Source: an uncultured Candidatus Saccharibacteria bacterium
GTDB lineage: Bacteria; Patescibacteriota; Minisyncoccia; Phycocordibacterales; DATGWK01
NCBI GenBank assembly: GCA_964428845.1
Contig: CAYRZH010000001.1
Span: forward strand, 74,990-138,989
Length of the DNA: 64,000 nucleotides
Reading direction: 5' to 3'
Positions 43,793-54,395 of the stretch are shown piece after piece. The position numbers and the translations under genes are program-made. Positions within the stretch are counted from its first letter, which is position 1, and every line of letters begins with the position of its first letter. The notes beneath the pieces were generated by a model, which was not told where the DNA came from, ran no database searches, and was given only the letters and a program-made list of their open reading frames with translations.

Positions 43793-45772
43793 ATGGAATC
43801 TTACTTGGCGAGCCTAAATGAAAAGCAAAAAGAAGCAGTGTGCGAGACGCATGGACCAGTACTTATCGTAGCAGGAGCCGGAGCCGGCAAGACGAAGACC
43901 ATAACTCACAGAATATTTCATCTCATTAAGACCGGCACCTCTCCGTCGAACATTCTCGCCATCACCTTTACCAACAAAGCCGCCCGCGAGATGAGAGAGA
44001 GGGTTCTTTTACTTTTAAATAGCGACGAGGCAACAAAAAAACTGGCTTCGCGGGGACAGTTACCTTTTGTGAGCACGTTCCACGCCTTGGGTGTTCATAT
44101 CATAAGACAAAACGCCCAGCGTTTAGGCCTGCCAAGATTTTTTACCATCTACGACAAAGGTGACGCCAAAAGAATTATTAAAGAGGCTTTGGTCTCTCTA
44201 AACTACGACCCCAAACAAATCGACCCAGGTCGGATTCAGGGGGTAATTTCGCGAGAGAAGGGAAACTTCGTGACCGCTCGTGAGTACGCCGAACGAATCG
44301 GTAATGAATACTTCCCCAAGATTGTTTCCTCGGCCTGGAATTTCTACGAAAAAGCTCTGGCTCGCGAACAGGCATTAGATTTGGACGATCTACTTCTAGT
44401 GACAGCCAAATTCCTCGCCTCAAATGAAGAAGCGAAAAAGTATTATCAGGAACTTTGGAGGTTTATACATATAGATGAGTACCAGGACACAAACAAGGTG
44501 CAGTACGAGATTGCCAGACTGCTCGCAGAAGAGCACCGCAACATCTGCGTAGTGGGTGATACTGATCAAAATATATACAGCTGGCGAGGAGCTGATATAA
44601 AAAATATGCTTAGGTTCGAAAAGGATTATTCAGAGACAAAAGTTGTTCTGCTTGAAGAAAACTATCGATCGACAAAAAGAATTCTTGCCGCGGCCGAAAG
44701 TGTTATAAAGAAGAATAATCTAAGGATCGAGAAAAACCTTTTTACAAACAATGAAAAAGGCCAGAAAATAGGGCTTTTTTGTGGGTTGAACGAAGTTCAC
44801 GAGGCGGAGTTTGTCGCAGAAAAAAGTGAGGAGCTCTTAAAAAGTGGGGTGCCTGCCGACGAAATCGCCGTTCTTTACCGTGCCAATTTTCAATCAAGAA
44901 TCCTTGAAGACGCTTTTTTTGGACGCGGCGTTCCTTATACGATGGTCGGTACCAAATTTTTTGAGAGAAAAGAAATAAAAGACATGCTGTCTTTTCTGCG
45001 AGCCGCTCTCAACCCAAAAAGTGTCGCGGATATCAAGCGCGTCATAAATATTCCGGCACGCGGCATCGGACCAAAGACACTCGAGAAGATTATGGCTGGA
45101 GAAAAAATTTCTGGGGCAATAGAAAAAAAGGCCGCAGGATTCTTTTCATTCCTTTCTAAAATAAAAGAGCTGGTATCACAAGAAAAACCATCGAAGATTA
45201 TAAAATTCATCATGAAAGAATCGGGGGTCGAGGAGTCACTCAAGCTCGGCAGTGACGAAGACCGTGACAGACTTGAGAATATTATGGAACTTGTGACACT
45301 TGCCGCCAAATATGACGGCTATCCAAGTGAAGAGGGGATCGAGCGACTGCTTTCTGATGCGGCGCTGGCTGGTAGTGAAGAGTCTCCAGACGAAAATGGT
45401 GAAGGGGGAGGGGTTCGACTTATGACAGTTCATGCTTCCAAAGGTCTCGAGTTCGAATATGTCTTTATAACAGGACTGGAACAAGATCTTTTCCCGCACA
45501 GAAAGATTAATGAGTCTGGTATCAACGCAAACGAAGCGGAAGAAGAGCGACGACTTTTCTATGTTGCCCTTACTCGAGCCAAACAGAAAGTTTTTCTTTC
45601 ATACGCCGGATATCGTACAATCTTCGGTGAGAGAAGGACGAATGCCCCGTCCGAATTTATATATGACATCAGTAGTACTGATGTCGAACAAGAATTTTCT
45701 CAATCTTCAGACTTTGCCCCCTTTGATGACACAATATCCAAAAGGAACAAAGAAAGATTTATAGAATTTTAA
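43793..45772 (+). CDS. pcrA: UvrD/PcrA helicase
   Basis: AGAGAGKT, ITFTNKAA, IDEYQDTN, LEENYRS, MTVHASKGLEF, EEERRLFYVALTRA. Confidence 0.95.
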   Translation: MESYLASLNEKQKEAVCETHGPVLIVAGAGAGKTKTITHRIFHLIKTGTSPSNILAITFTNKAAREMRERVLLLLNSDEATKKLASRGQLPFVSTFHALGVHIIRQNAQRLGLPRFFTIYDKGDAKRIIKEALVSLNYDPKQIDPGRIQGVISREKGNFVTAREYAERIGNEYFPKIVSSAWNFYEKALAREQALDLDDLLLVTAKFLASNEEAKKYYQELWRFIHIDEYQDTNKVQYEIARLLAEEHRNICVVGDTDQNIYSWRGADIKNMLRFEKDYSETKVVLLEENYRSTKRILAAAESVIKKNNLRIEKNLFTNNEKGQKIGLFCGLNEVHEAEFVAEKSEELLKSGVPADEIAVLYRANFQSRILEDAFFGRGVPYTMVGTKFFERKEIKDMLSFLRAALNPKSVADIKRVINIPARGIGPKTLEKIMAGEKISGAIEKKAAGFFSFLSKIKELVSQEKPSKIIKFIMKESGVEESLKLGSDEDRDRLENIMELVTLAAKYDGYPSEEGIERLLSDAALAGSEESPDENGEGGGVRLMTVHASKGLEFEYVFITGLEQDLFPHRKINESGINANEAEEERRLFYVALTRAKQKVFLSYAGYRTIFGERRTNAPSEFIYDISSTDVEQEFSQSSDFAPFDDTISKRNKERFIEF

Positions 45773-45806
45773 GCTTATTTTAAGCCACTTATCAGCCAAA
45801 ATCAAA

Positions 45807-46592
45807 ATGAGAGCAAAAAAATCACTCGGCCAAAATTTTCTTTCTTCGAGAAGAGCCCTCTCCCAAATAATTCAAGCCGGAAAGATCGAGCCAGGAGAGA
45901 TCGTGCTTGAGGTAGGCCCAGGCAGAGGAGCCCTCACCAGATTTCTTCTTGCGGCCGGAGCAAAGGTCATTTCTGTTGAAAAAGATGATGAACTGACTAT
46001 CTTTCTAAAAAAAGAATTCGAAGCCGAAGTCCTTACCGGGAACCTTACGCTTCTGAACACAGACATCCTTGAGATAAATCCGAACGACCTTGGTCTCTCT
46101 TCTGGTAAATACAAAATCATTGCAAATATACCCTACTACATAACTGGCCAATTCTTGAGAAAATTTATCTCTGGCGAAAACACTCCAAAGAGTATGGTTT
46201 TACTCCTCCAAAAAGAGGTTGTTTCTCGCATCATTGCCCGGGACGGCAAGGAAAGTATTTTATCTTTAAGTGTGAAAGCGTATGGGACAGCAAAACTTAT
46301 CGGGAAAGTGCCCGCTAGAGAATTTCGGCCAGCACCGAAGGTTGATTCGGCTATTATTGCCATAGAAAATATCTCTAAGAAGAATTTTCCAACCAAAGCT
46401 TCAGAAGAAAAATTCTTTGCACTTATAAAAAGTGGCTTTGCCCACAAAAGAAAAAAGCTAATAAGAAATCTGGAAACACTTTCGGATGCAAAAAGGTTAG
46501 AGAGTGCCTTCGAAAAATGCAAAATTCCTTCCGGTATGCGAGCGGAGGATCTAACGATAGATGACTGGCTCGCTTTGTCTCAACAAATTTAA
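45807..46592 (+). CDS. rsmA: 16S rRNA dimethyladenosine transferase
   Basis: KKSLGQNFL, LEVGPGRG, ANIPYYIT, F.PAPKVDS. Confidence 0.96.
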   Translation: MRAKKSLGQNFLSSRRALSQIIQAGKIEPGEIVLEVGPGRGALTRFLLAAGAKVISVEKDDELTIFLKKEFEAEVLTGNLTLLNTDILEINPNDLGLSSGKYKIIANIPYYITGQFLRKFISGENTPKSMVLLLQKEVVSRIIARDGKESILSLSVKAYGTAKLIGKVPAREFRPAPKVDSAIIAIENISKKNFPTKASEEKFFALIKSGFAHKRKKLIRNLETLSDAKRLESAFEKCKIPSGMRAEDLTIDDWLALSQQI

Positions 46593-46616
46593 AAACTCGA
46601 ACCAAGAGACTCCGGG

Positions 46617-46994
46617 CTAGAGGCTTGTGCCTGTCTGATGTATCACACCGAAGCTCGGCACTGGTACGCAAGCGAGACCTACCCAAATAAAACACGTTTG
46701 GATGCCCGGAACATAATCACCAAGCAGCCAGACGCCAGGCGAGGGTATCACGTGATGAGCAAAAACTATAGTGCCACCTGGTTGGTAGACCAGAGCTCCA
46801 GACATGGGGGCAGGGGAGAAAAACGGCGTCATATATAGCCAAAAATTGGCACTGCAGGTACAAGGGATTACATTTACCACAAAACCGCCGAATGATGTAA
46901 AACCAAGAGCATTTGCAAAAATCGGCAATGAAAATATGACGACAATCAAGGCCGTGCTCATTAGAATTTTTGGAAAGATTTTTACTGCTCTCAT
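46617..46994 (-). CDS. Small secreted Cys-containing hypothetical protein
   Basis: Signal peptide (ANA-L); FGG...PCTCS; 4-nt overlap with the upstream gene. Confidence 0.65.
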   Translation of the reverse strand: MRAVKIFPKILMSTALIVVIFSLPIFANALGFTSFGGFVVNVIPCTCSANFWLYMTPFFSPAPMSGALVYQPGGTIVFAHHVIPSPGVWLLGDYVPGIQTCFIWVGLACVPVPSFGVIHQTGTSL

Positions 46995-48136
46995 AATTTT
47001 ATTTTAAACATCCCCGGGCTTTTGCTGACTCCATTTTCATTCTGAATGTAAAGCCAGGCATCCATCTCGAGCGACTTTCCTCCTAGATATTTTTGGATAG
47101 TAGTCACTTGTGGGAAGTTCAGGACTTTTACTTTAATAAGTTTACCATCTATAGAAGAAATATTTGAGATATTTCCCAAGCTCGAGTAGATATTGTTGCC
47201 ATTTTCAGTAAAGCCAGAACCAGAAACTAAAATCTCATCACCCATGGTTGCGAGTGTTGGCGATATTTTCTCAATGTTTGGAGATACCTGGGGGTTGTTG
47301 GTTACTGAAATATAGATTGGAGCAGAAAAATTCTTACTTGATTCATTTTTATCAGTGGTAAACCAGATCTCATATTTTCCTATAGGGAAAGTTCCAGGGA
47401 TTGTGACGGTAAATGATTGGGGAGCATCGAGAACCGACGAAGAACCGCCAGAAGATTGTGTTGAAATTTCTGGTGGTGAAAAGCTGGGGAAGAGAGGTGC
47501 TGAATGAGTATAGCCTATATGCAATATATTTTTTTCTTTGGAAAATCCTACCCCCTTGATCTCGATAGTGTCACCAGGTCGAACTTGGTACTTTGAAACA
47601 CCGTAAATTTTTTGAAGATTTGCCTCTGTCGGAGGATTTACAGGATTTTGGGTGAGTAACGAATTTTGTGGGGTCTGGGTAGTCGGAGTCGAAACCGATA
47701 TCGTCGAAATCGGTGCCACCGAAACTGGCGTGGCCAAAACCTCGCCCAAAAGAGCGTTAAGTTTCGTCCGGGTAGCCCTTCCCACGAAACCAGTACCGAA
47801 GGTGAGACCGTTTGGCAATAAAATTTCAGACTTATGTGCCTCTTGGAAGGTGACTACGGCCCACCTGGTAAGTAAGCCAAAGTAGGTGGTTTCTTTACCA
47901 GGAGAGCCTGGACCATCGTTTGCCACCATGGTGGCTGGGTTTCTGTTGAGGAATTTCTGTAATTCCCTGACATCCTCGCCCACATCTCCCTCCTTCAAAT
48001 CACGGCTAAAAACAAAGCCGGCAGAGGCAGTAGAGGATTGAGCATCCACGTTAAAAACTATGGAAATGAAAAATGAGCCAAAAAATATGGAGCAGAGAAG
48101 GAAAACTGGCAACTTTTTTAGTTTTTCTTTGAGCAT
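46991..48136 (-). CDS. Secreted peptidoglycan-binding + IPT/TIG-like protein
   Basis: FSRDLKEGDVGEDVRELQKFLN...YFG.LTR.AV..FQ...GFVG.ATR.KLN; Ig-like repeats. Confidence 0.75.
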   Translation of the reverse strand: MLKEKLKKLPVFLLCSIFFGSFFISIVFNVDAQSSTASAGFVFSRDLKEGDVGEDVRELQKFLNRNPATMVANDGPGSPGKETTYFGLLTRWAVVTFQEAHKSEILLPNGLTFGTGFVGRATRTKLNALLGEVLATPVSVAPISTISVSTPTTQTPQNSLLTQNPVNPPTEANLQKIYGVSKYQVRPGDTIEIKGVGFSKEKNILHIGYTHSAPLFPSFSPPEISTQSSGGSSSVLDAPQSFTVTIPGTFPIGKYEIWFTTDKNESSKNFSAPIYISVTNNPQVSPNIEKISPTLATMGDEILVSGSGFTENGNNIYSSLGNISNISSIDGKLIKVKVLNFPQVTTIQKYLGGKSLEMDAWLYIQNENGVSKSPGMFKIKL

Positions 48137-48254
48137 CGAGGCCTCCAGGGCATTATACTCTTCTCAAATTGTCTTTTATCAACAGATTTTGTCTCTAATG
48201 TCGCTTTTTTAGGCCTTATTTTTGCTATAATTTTAAAGACTTCTGTAACTTAAC

Positions 48255-49241
48255 ATGTCTCTTAGAAAAACTACTCCAATCTTTATCGCTTGTGTATTTT
48301 CCTTTGGCCTTATTTTCTTTGCAGTAGCCAAAGATCAATCGATTTTCCCTCCGAAAGATACCGGGAGGGTTGGCACGGACGGCAAGGTAGACGCCGGGGT
48401 GAGGATTTTGGTGGAAAATGCCCTGGAAAATTCTGTCGATCAGGATGACGACGGTGACGGACTTAAGAATTGGGAGGAAATATTTTGGAAAACCAATCCA
48501 AAAGTCAAAGATAGCGACGGTGACGGTATCTCTGATAGCGAAGAAGTGAAAAAAACTGAAAAAAATATCGCTTATGGAGCAGAGGCTTCGGACAACCCAG
48601 CCACTGCAGTAAATTCTTCCAATGAACCCAAGACAAAAACTGGCGAGATCGGTAGGAATCTCTTTGCCGAATATTTGGAACTCAAACAGAGTGGAAGATT
48701 AAATCAGAGTTCAATGGAAAACTTGATTACAAAGACTCTTTCTCAAATAGACACCAAAACGAGCTCGTTTTATTCATCAGGAAGTGTGAAGACCACCCTT
48801 GATACAGATACTGCCGGAGCGAAGAATTATGCAAATGCTCTGGTGACAATAAGGGAAAAGTACAGAGCTTTGTATAACGAGAGCCCAATCATCACAGTAG
48901 CAAAAACTATAAACTTTGAAGACGAAGCCTCGGTCGAGAGCATAAGAAGGGCGGCAAATTTATATAAACTCGAGGCACAAGAACTCGCCAGCCTAATAGT
49001 TCCGAAAAGTTTGGTGGCTGGACACTTGGCTCTCCTCAACAGCTATGCAGCCAGCGCAGAGGGTTTGGCCCAGTTCGCTGAACTTCGCTCTGACCCACTT
49101 ATGGCCGTAGCAGGGATACAAGAACATGCCGCGGCGGTAGGACAGGAATTTGAAATTGTTCTTAGTATAAGCCGTTTTTTCGAGAGTCGGGGAATCGTCT
49201 TTGAATCACAGGAGGCTGGTGCTCGGATAAAAAATATATGA
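48255..49241 (+). CDS. Membrane-anchored protein with Ca-binding DxDxDG repeats
   Basis: DDDGDGLKNWEE...TNP...DSDGDGISDSEE. Confidence 0.7.
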   Translation: MSLRKTTPIFIACVFSFGLIFFAVAKDQSIFPPKDTGRVGTDGKVDAGVRILVENALENSVDQDDDGDGLKNWEEIFWKTNPKVKDSDGDGISDSEEVKKTEKNIAYGAEASDNPATAVNSSNEPKTKTGEIGRNLFAEYLELKQSGRLNQSSMENLITKTLSQIDTKTSSFYSSGSVKTTLDTDTAGAKNYANALVTIREKYRALYNESPIITVAKTINFEDEASVESIRRAANLYKLEAQELASLIVPKSLVAGHLALLNSYAASAEGLAQFAELRSDPLMAVAGIQEHAAAVGQEFEIVLSISRFFESRGIVFESQEAGARIKNI

Positions 49242-50899
49242 TTTTTGAAGCCATAAAACAATACACGGCGGTACTACTTTTTATAATATTCGTAACAACC
49301 CCCGTGTTTTTGGCCGGGCCAAAGAATGTAAATGCCCAATTTGGTGGAGCCTCTAGTTTTGCGGGTGGTGCGGCACTAGCAGTACCGACAAGCGACGTGG
49401 TACTTGGTCCGAAGGAAGCGGGAATAAGTGTTTTCGGCGTCACACTCCCGATAAGCCTTGATGGACTTGCTTACATGGCAGCAAACGTAGTGATCGCCCA
49501 AATTACCGACAGCATCGTGACGTGGATTGATTCTGGTTTTCAAGGAAGCCCAGCTTTCATAGAAGATCCTGGAGCTTGGTTTCTTGAGACCGCAGACATG
49601 GTGAGCGGGGCATTTATCGAAGAGCTTGGAGCCGAAGACTTACTCTGTGACCCATTTGCTCCTATTCGCATCACCCTTTCTTACAACTACAACAGATCAT
49701 TCCCACGAGATTACAGATGTAAACTTTCTGACGTCATAGAAAATGTTGAGAATTTTGCAAAATTTACAGCGGGGGACTTCACTGGCCAGGGAGGGTGGCA
49801 GTCTTGGTTCAATATTACTCAAAACCGTCAAAATAATCCCTATGGAGTTTACTTCGGTGCCCAAATTGAGCTCGACAGGAGAATTGCCAACGCTATCGGA
49901 CGTGAGAGTGATACGCTCAACCAAGGCAAGGGCTTCCTTTCGATGCGAAGATGTAAGGTTTGGGATACGGCAAACGGCCAAGAACCAGGGCCAAACAACC
50001 CGACGAGTGGAACCCTTCAGCATGATTGTAAGGAATACGGACCGATCGAGACTCCCGGGTCTATCGTCGAAGATCAGTTGAACAGAGCTCTGGGTTCAGA
50101 GTTAAACAGGATTGAGGTAGCAGATGAAATAAATGAAATCTTGAGCGCGCTTGTAAACCAGCTCGTGAAGACTGTGTTTACAGCTGGACTCTCAAACGTC
50201 AGCCACGGCAATATCTTTGACCCGGGTAGTGTAAATGCCGACTTTGAGGTTTCTTGCAGTTACAGCCCAAATGAGCCACTTTTTCTCGATCCACCGACTG
50301 TTACCCAGACGGAACAAGTAAAGTGGAAAGTGAGTGTCCTTGGGGGAGCGGGGGAGACGACATATAGATGGTCATTCACGGGAGATCCGATCCCAGTCGC
50401 GACACCTTTCATACTTACAAACGCAACAGTAACGCCGGTGGTTTACTCGAGTGCTGGAGTAAAAACAACCAAAGTAGAGGTCGAGAAAGAAACAGAGTTT
50501 GGAAAAATCAAAAAGACAGCGAACTGCTCGCTTACTGTTTTGCCAAATCCACCACTTGAAGTAACGAGCTGTAATGTTGTTCCTCCATCGATCCGACGCG
50601 AACAGCAACCGGACGAAATGGCCATGTGGACACTCAAAGCGAGCGGCGGTGTTTCTATTCCAAATCCAAATATTCCTTTCAATATGGGTTTCTGTATTTT
50701 CACAGGACAATCTGACGATGGACCTTTCGGTATTTCCGTCCCTCTCACGGGAACAACCCTGGAATCATCGTGTTCTCTTACTACTGGAGCCGAATTCTTC
50801 GATCGCTCCGGAGAGCACTACGTAAACGTACTCGTAAGTTCGGGTGAGCAATCCGTCACAAGACAAGGTTGCGGGCCATTGATCATTCTCGACCCATGA
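49238..50899 (+). CDS. Hypothetical secreted/membrane protein of the T4SS-like cluster
   Basis: Signal peptide, Cys-containing central domain, PKD-like C-terminus; ATGA-coupled to both neighbours. Confidence 0.65.
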   Translation: MIFEAIKQYTAVLLFIIFVTTPVFLAGPKNVNAQFGGASSFAGGAALAVPTSDVVLGPKEAGISVFGVTLPISLDGLAYMAANVVIAQITDSIVTWIDSGFQGSPAFIEDPGAWFLETADMVSGAFIEELGAEDLLCDPFAPIRITLSYNYNRSFPRDYRCKLSDVIENVENFAKFTAGDFTGQGGWQSWFNITQNRQNNPYGVYFGAQIELDRRIANAIGRESDTLNQGKGFLSMRRCKVWDTANGQEPGPNNPTSGTLQHDCKEYGPIETPGSIVEDQLNRALGSELNRIEVADEINEILSALVNQLVKTVFTAGLSNVSHGNIFDPGSVNADFEVSCSYSPNEPLFLDPPTVTQTEQVKWKVSVLGGAGETTYRWSFTGDPIPVATPFILTNATVTPVVYSSAGVKTTKVEVEKETEFGKIKKTANCSLTVLPNPPLEVTSCNVVPPSIRREQQPDEMAMWTLKASGGVSIPNPNIPFNMGFCIFTGQSDDGPFGISVPLTGTTLESSCSLTTGAEFFDRSGEHYVNVLVSSGEQSVTRQGCGPLIILDP

Positions 50900-53148
50900 T
50901 AATTGCTAATCAAAAAAAGGGGTGGGGTGCAAAAAAAATTATTGCAAAACTATTTTTGTTGTTGGTAATTATTTCTGGAGTCATTGTGCCAATCTGGACC
51001 AGCAATTTAGTGGTATATGCGCAAGGCTCCCCAACCAATTTTGAGATAGAGCCAATACCAACAGCGCTTGAAGTCGCTGTAAGCACTGTCGACAATACCA
51101 TATCCGCCATAGCAAATCTTCCAGACAAACTCCTCAATGCTTTTACAAACTTCGTCGGCACCCTTTTTCTAACGATAACAGCGTGGCTACTTGGTATTTC
51201 AGGACTCCTTTTCAACGAAGTCATAACCTTCACGGTCTTGAAGATGAATACTCATGTAAGTTCTATCCCGGCAATAGATATAGCTTGGAAAGGCATGCGG
51301 GACCTGGCCAACATATCTTTCATATTTATCCTCCTTTACATCGCAATAGGAACAATACTTGGACTAGGGAGGATAAATACCAAGAAGATGCTCGTGAAAG
51401 TCATAATCATAGCCCTACTTTTAAATTTCAGCTTGTTCTTCACAAAATTGCTGATAGACGCCTCAAATATAATCTCGATCGGCTTTTACAACAAAGTGGC
51501 TCTGTCATCACCAGAGCGCGCGGTCAATGGTCTAAGCGGCGCCTTCATGGATGCGATTGGCCTGACTCGTATTTTCGACGTAGCGGGAGTATCAAACCTT
51601 CTAGCCAACCTTGACCCAATGAAAATGATCATCGTCGGAATTTTCGGAGGAATTCTATTTCTGGTAACGGCTTTTATATTCATGGCCGGAGCTATTATGT
51701 TTATAATACGTTTTGTCACTCTTATTTTCCTGATGGTTTTTTCTCCGTTGGCTTTTGCCGCCATGGCTCTTCCGAGCGACAAGTATTCAAGCAAGTGGTG
51801 GAATAAACTCTGGGACAATCTAATATTTGCTCCAGTATTCATGGTGCTGATCTGGACAACCTTTACACTATTTGCTGGACCGGGCGGGATCCTCAAACGA
51901 ATATCTGGAGGAAATATACTCGATATTGCTTCGGGTAGCGCCGCCGCGGGCTTTGCGCCTGGCGCACCACCAGTGGGAGCCTTCGGCACACTCATGAGTT
52001 TCATAATCGTCATCGTAATGATGGTGGCAACACTTATCGTCTCCAAACAACTCGGTGCGGCTGGAGCAAGCGGGGCATTGAAGCTTGGAAATAAATGGAG
52101 GGGTAAGGCCCAAGGGGTACTTGGGAGGGGAACGCTACGAATGACACCTTTAAGGACTATTGATAAAAAATGGTCTGAATCCCCACTTGGTCAAACTGCG
52201 ATCGGTAGAGGTTTGAGAAATATCACGACCGGTGTGGGCATGAACGCAGAATTTGGAAGTGGTAAATCAATTTCCAAAGTAGACAAAGAACTTAAAAAAT
52301 CAAGGGAAGACTACGCAAACAAGCAGGCTGAAAAGGTTCAAAACAAACATGATAAAGAAGAAGCAGAAAATGAGTACGAGAAAAGGAATCTCTTGTCAGT
52401 AATATCAGACAGAAGTGCAACCAGCACGGCCAGACATGGTGCACACGGCAGACTGCTTGAAAAAGAAAGAGGTCGTCTCTCAAAGCTCGATACATTGCGT
52501 GCAAGTGCTGTAAAAAGAAGAGCTTTCGATGAAGTGAATGAGATTGATACAATGAAAAAGTCTGTTTTGGATAGAGTCACTAAGATGCAGGCAAAACAAG
52601 CTCTCGGCGAGGCAACCTTCGTGGCTGATTGGGATACGACACCAGATGATGATCTAAAGAAATATGTAAAAGATATTACAGTTGACATTCCGGGAACCGA
52701 TGATAAAAAACTTCGACTAAAGATGGCCCAACGTGCCCAAGCGATACGAGTAGAGGAGGGGGGAATCATTAGAAAAACAGCTAACACAATTGCCTCCAGC
52801 CGTGCCGGATCCGTTGTCGGTAGTGTCGCAGGAGGAGTTGCAGGTGGTGTCGCGGGAGGGGTTGTGGGCAGTGTCACCGCCGGTCCCCTTGGTGCTATTG
52901 CGGGCACAGTAATTGGTGCGGGATTGGGAGGAACCAAGGGGGGTCGTAAATTCACAGCCAAAACCAAAAAATATCTCTATGGCGACGCACAATCCGCTCG
53001 ACTCTCGACTATCAAAACCTTGAGGGAGAATGCAAAAAAGGGTAAGGCTGGAGGTGGGTCTCTGGACGAACAACTCCGCGCAATATTGGATCAAGCTGGC
53101 GGCCCACCGGCCCCCGCAGCCGGAGGAGGCGGAGGTGGAACACCTTAA
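50896..53148 (+). CDS. VirB6/TrbL-like polytopic membrane protein
   Basis: W..MRDLANI.FI; multiple TMs; SPLAFA...WW motif; Gly-rich tail. Confidence 0.7.
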   Translation: MIIANQKKGWGAKKIIAKLFLLLVIISGVIVPIWTSNLVVYAQGSPTNFEIEPIPTALEVAVSTVDNTISAIANLPDKLLNAFTNFVGTLFLTITAWLLGISGLLFNEVITFTVLKMNTHVSSIPAIDIAWKGMRDLANISFIFILLYIAIGTILGLGRINTKKMLVKVIIIALLLNFSLFFTKLLIDASNIISIGFYNKVALSSPERAVNGLSGAFMDAIGLTRIFDVAGVSNLLANLDPMKMIIVGIFGGILFLVTAFIFMAGAIMFIIRFVTLIFLMVFSPLAFAAMALPSDKYSSKWWNKLWDNLIFAPVFMVLIWTTFTLFAGPGGILKRISGGNILDIASGSAAAGFAPGAPPVGAFGTLMSFIIVIVMMVATLIVSKQLGAAGASGALKLGNKWRGKAQGVLGRGTLRMTPLRTIDKKWSESPLGQTAIGRGLRNITTGVGMNAEFGSGKSISKVDKELKKSREDYANKQAEKVQNKHDKEEAENEYEKRNLLSVISDRSATSTARHGAHGRLLEKERGRLSKLDTLRASAVKRRAFDEVNEIDTMKKSVLDRVTKMQAKQALGEATFVADWDTTPDDDLKKYVKDITVDIPGTDDKKLRLKMAQRAQAIRVEEGGIIRKTANTIASSRAGSVVGSVAGGVAGGVAGGVVGSVTAGPLGAIAGTVIGAGLGGTKGGRKFTAKTKKYLYGDAQSARLSTIKTLRENAKKGKAGGGSLDEQLRAILDQAGGPPAPAAGGGGGGTP

Positions 53149-53151
53149 AAA

Positions 53152-53919
53152 ATGGAAGATAAAACAGTAATAAAAGAATATTTTGAGGCGGTAGATAGCA
53201 AACTCCAGAAGTTGCTTGTCTCGCCTATAGTAAAGAACACTACGGAGAAAATCCTGCAGAAATATCCACTTCGAGAAGAACAGGGGAGTCAGCTTGAAAT
53301 TGAAATCTCTTTGGTCTTGCTTGGTATGGAAGTTGTGAGCAACTTCCGGGCAAACTTAGTGAGAGAGCTCGGGATCACATACGACCAAGCACTCAAACTC
53401 TCACTTGAAGTAAATAAGGAAATTTTTGACCAGGTGATGACAGAACTCAAAGAAATGGAAGTCGATATTCTCACCGCCGGAGAAAAACCCGAAACAAACG
53501 AGACAGCTGGAAAAGAAGAGTTAAAAGAAAAAGAAATTGCACCAAAAAATACTGTTCTTGAAAAACAGGTTGCAAGTAATACTCTTGATCGTTCGATACC
53601 CGACCACGAGGCGATGGTCAAAGAAAGCGGCCCACATCTCCACAGCCAGACAGTGATGCCACAAAACACAACAAAAACTCCTCCTCCGATACCAAAAGTC
53701 GCCCCTGCCCCACAAAACATTCCATCGGCTACCGAAGAGGAAGTTCAACAATTTGGAACTATTATCGACAGGAAGTTGAGTCAGGCAATGAGAGGATTCG
53801 GTAATACAAATGGTTCGGATACAAATAAAGCACCATCACCGCAGACTAGTACTACCACAAGTCCAGGGTCACAAAATAGATACAAAGGTCCAGACCCTTA
53901 CCGAGAACCAATAGAATAA
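53152..53919 (+). CDS. Hypothetical protein with C-terminal DPYREP motif
   Basis: Helical N-domain, Pro/Thr-rich linker, DPYREPIE. Confidence 0.7.
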   Translation: MEDKTVIKEYFEAVDSKLQKLLVSPIVKNTTEKILQKYPLREEQGSQLEIEISLVLLGMEVVSNFRANLVRELGITYDQALKLSLEVNKEIFDQVMTELKEMEVDILTAGEKPETNETAGKEELKEKEIAPKNTVLEKQVASNTLDRSIPDHEAMVKESGPHLHSQTVMPQNTTKTPPPIPKVAPAPQNIPSATEEEVQQFGTIIDRKLSQAMRGFGNTNGSDTNKAPSPQTSTTTSPGSQNRYKGPDPYREPIE

Positions 53920-53929
53920 AAAACGAAGT

Positions 53930-54379
53930 ATGCGTTTCCAAGTACCACAATTCACTGAAGTTGAAGATAAAGTCATCGGGCCACTAACCCTGAAGCAATT
54001 CATATACCTTGCTGGAGCAGTCGGCGCCTGCATTATCCTCTACACGCTTTTACCAAAATTCATTTCTTTTGTTCTCATGATCCCGGTATTGGTCTTGGGT
54101 GCCGCTCTGGCGTTTTACAAAGTAAATAACCGCCCCTTCATTCGTGTTCTTGAATCATCTGTTAAATATTTTATAGCCAGCAAACTATATATCTGGAAAC
54201 ACAAAGAAAAAAAGATTGTGTCTGAAGGACAAACAAGCAAGGCCTCTGTGTTTGTACCCAAACTTTCAGAAAGTAAGCTCCGTGATCTCACCTGGAGTCT
54301 AGATGTAAAACAAAATTTGGATTCCGGAGAGATAAAGCAGGCCCGGGTAAACGAAGGAAAAATAGATCTAAGTGTCTAA
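53930..54379 (+). CDS. PrgI/VirB3-like protein
   Basis: QVPQF.EVEDKVIGPLTLKQFIY, two TMs, upstream of VirB4. Confidence 0.85.
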   Translation: MRFQVPQFTEVEDKVIGPLTLKQFIYLAGAVGACIILYTLLPKFISFVLMIPVLVLGAALAFYKVNNRPFIRVLESSVKYFIASKLYIWKHKEKKIVSEGQTSKASVFVPKLSESKLRDLTWSLDVKQNLDSGEIKQARVNEGKIDLSV

Positions 54380-54395
54380 GTGATATAATAAATCA

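Noticed and set aside
43993-44001. GA repeat in pcrA as a phase-variable tract
   Set aside because: Only (GA)4G, in frame, encoding the conserved EMRER motif.
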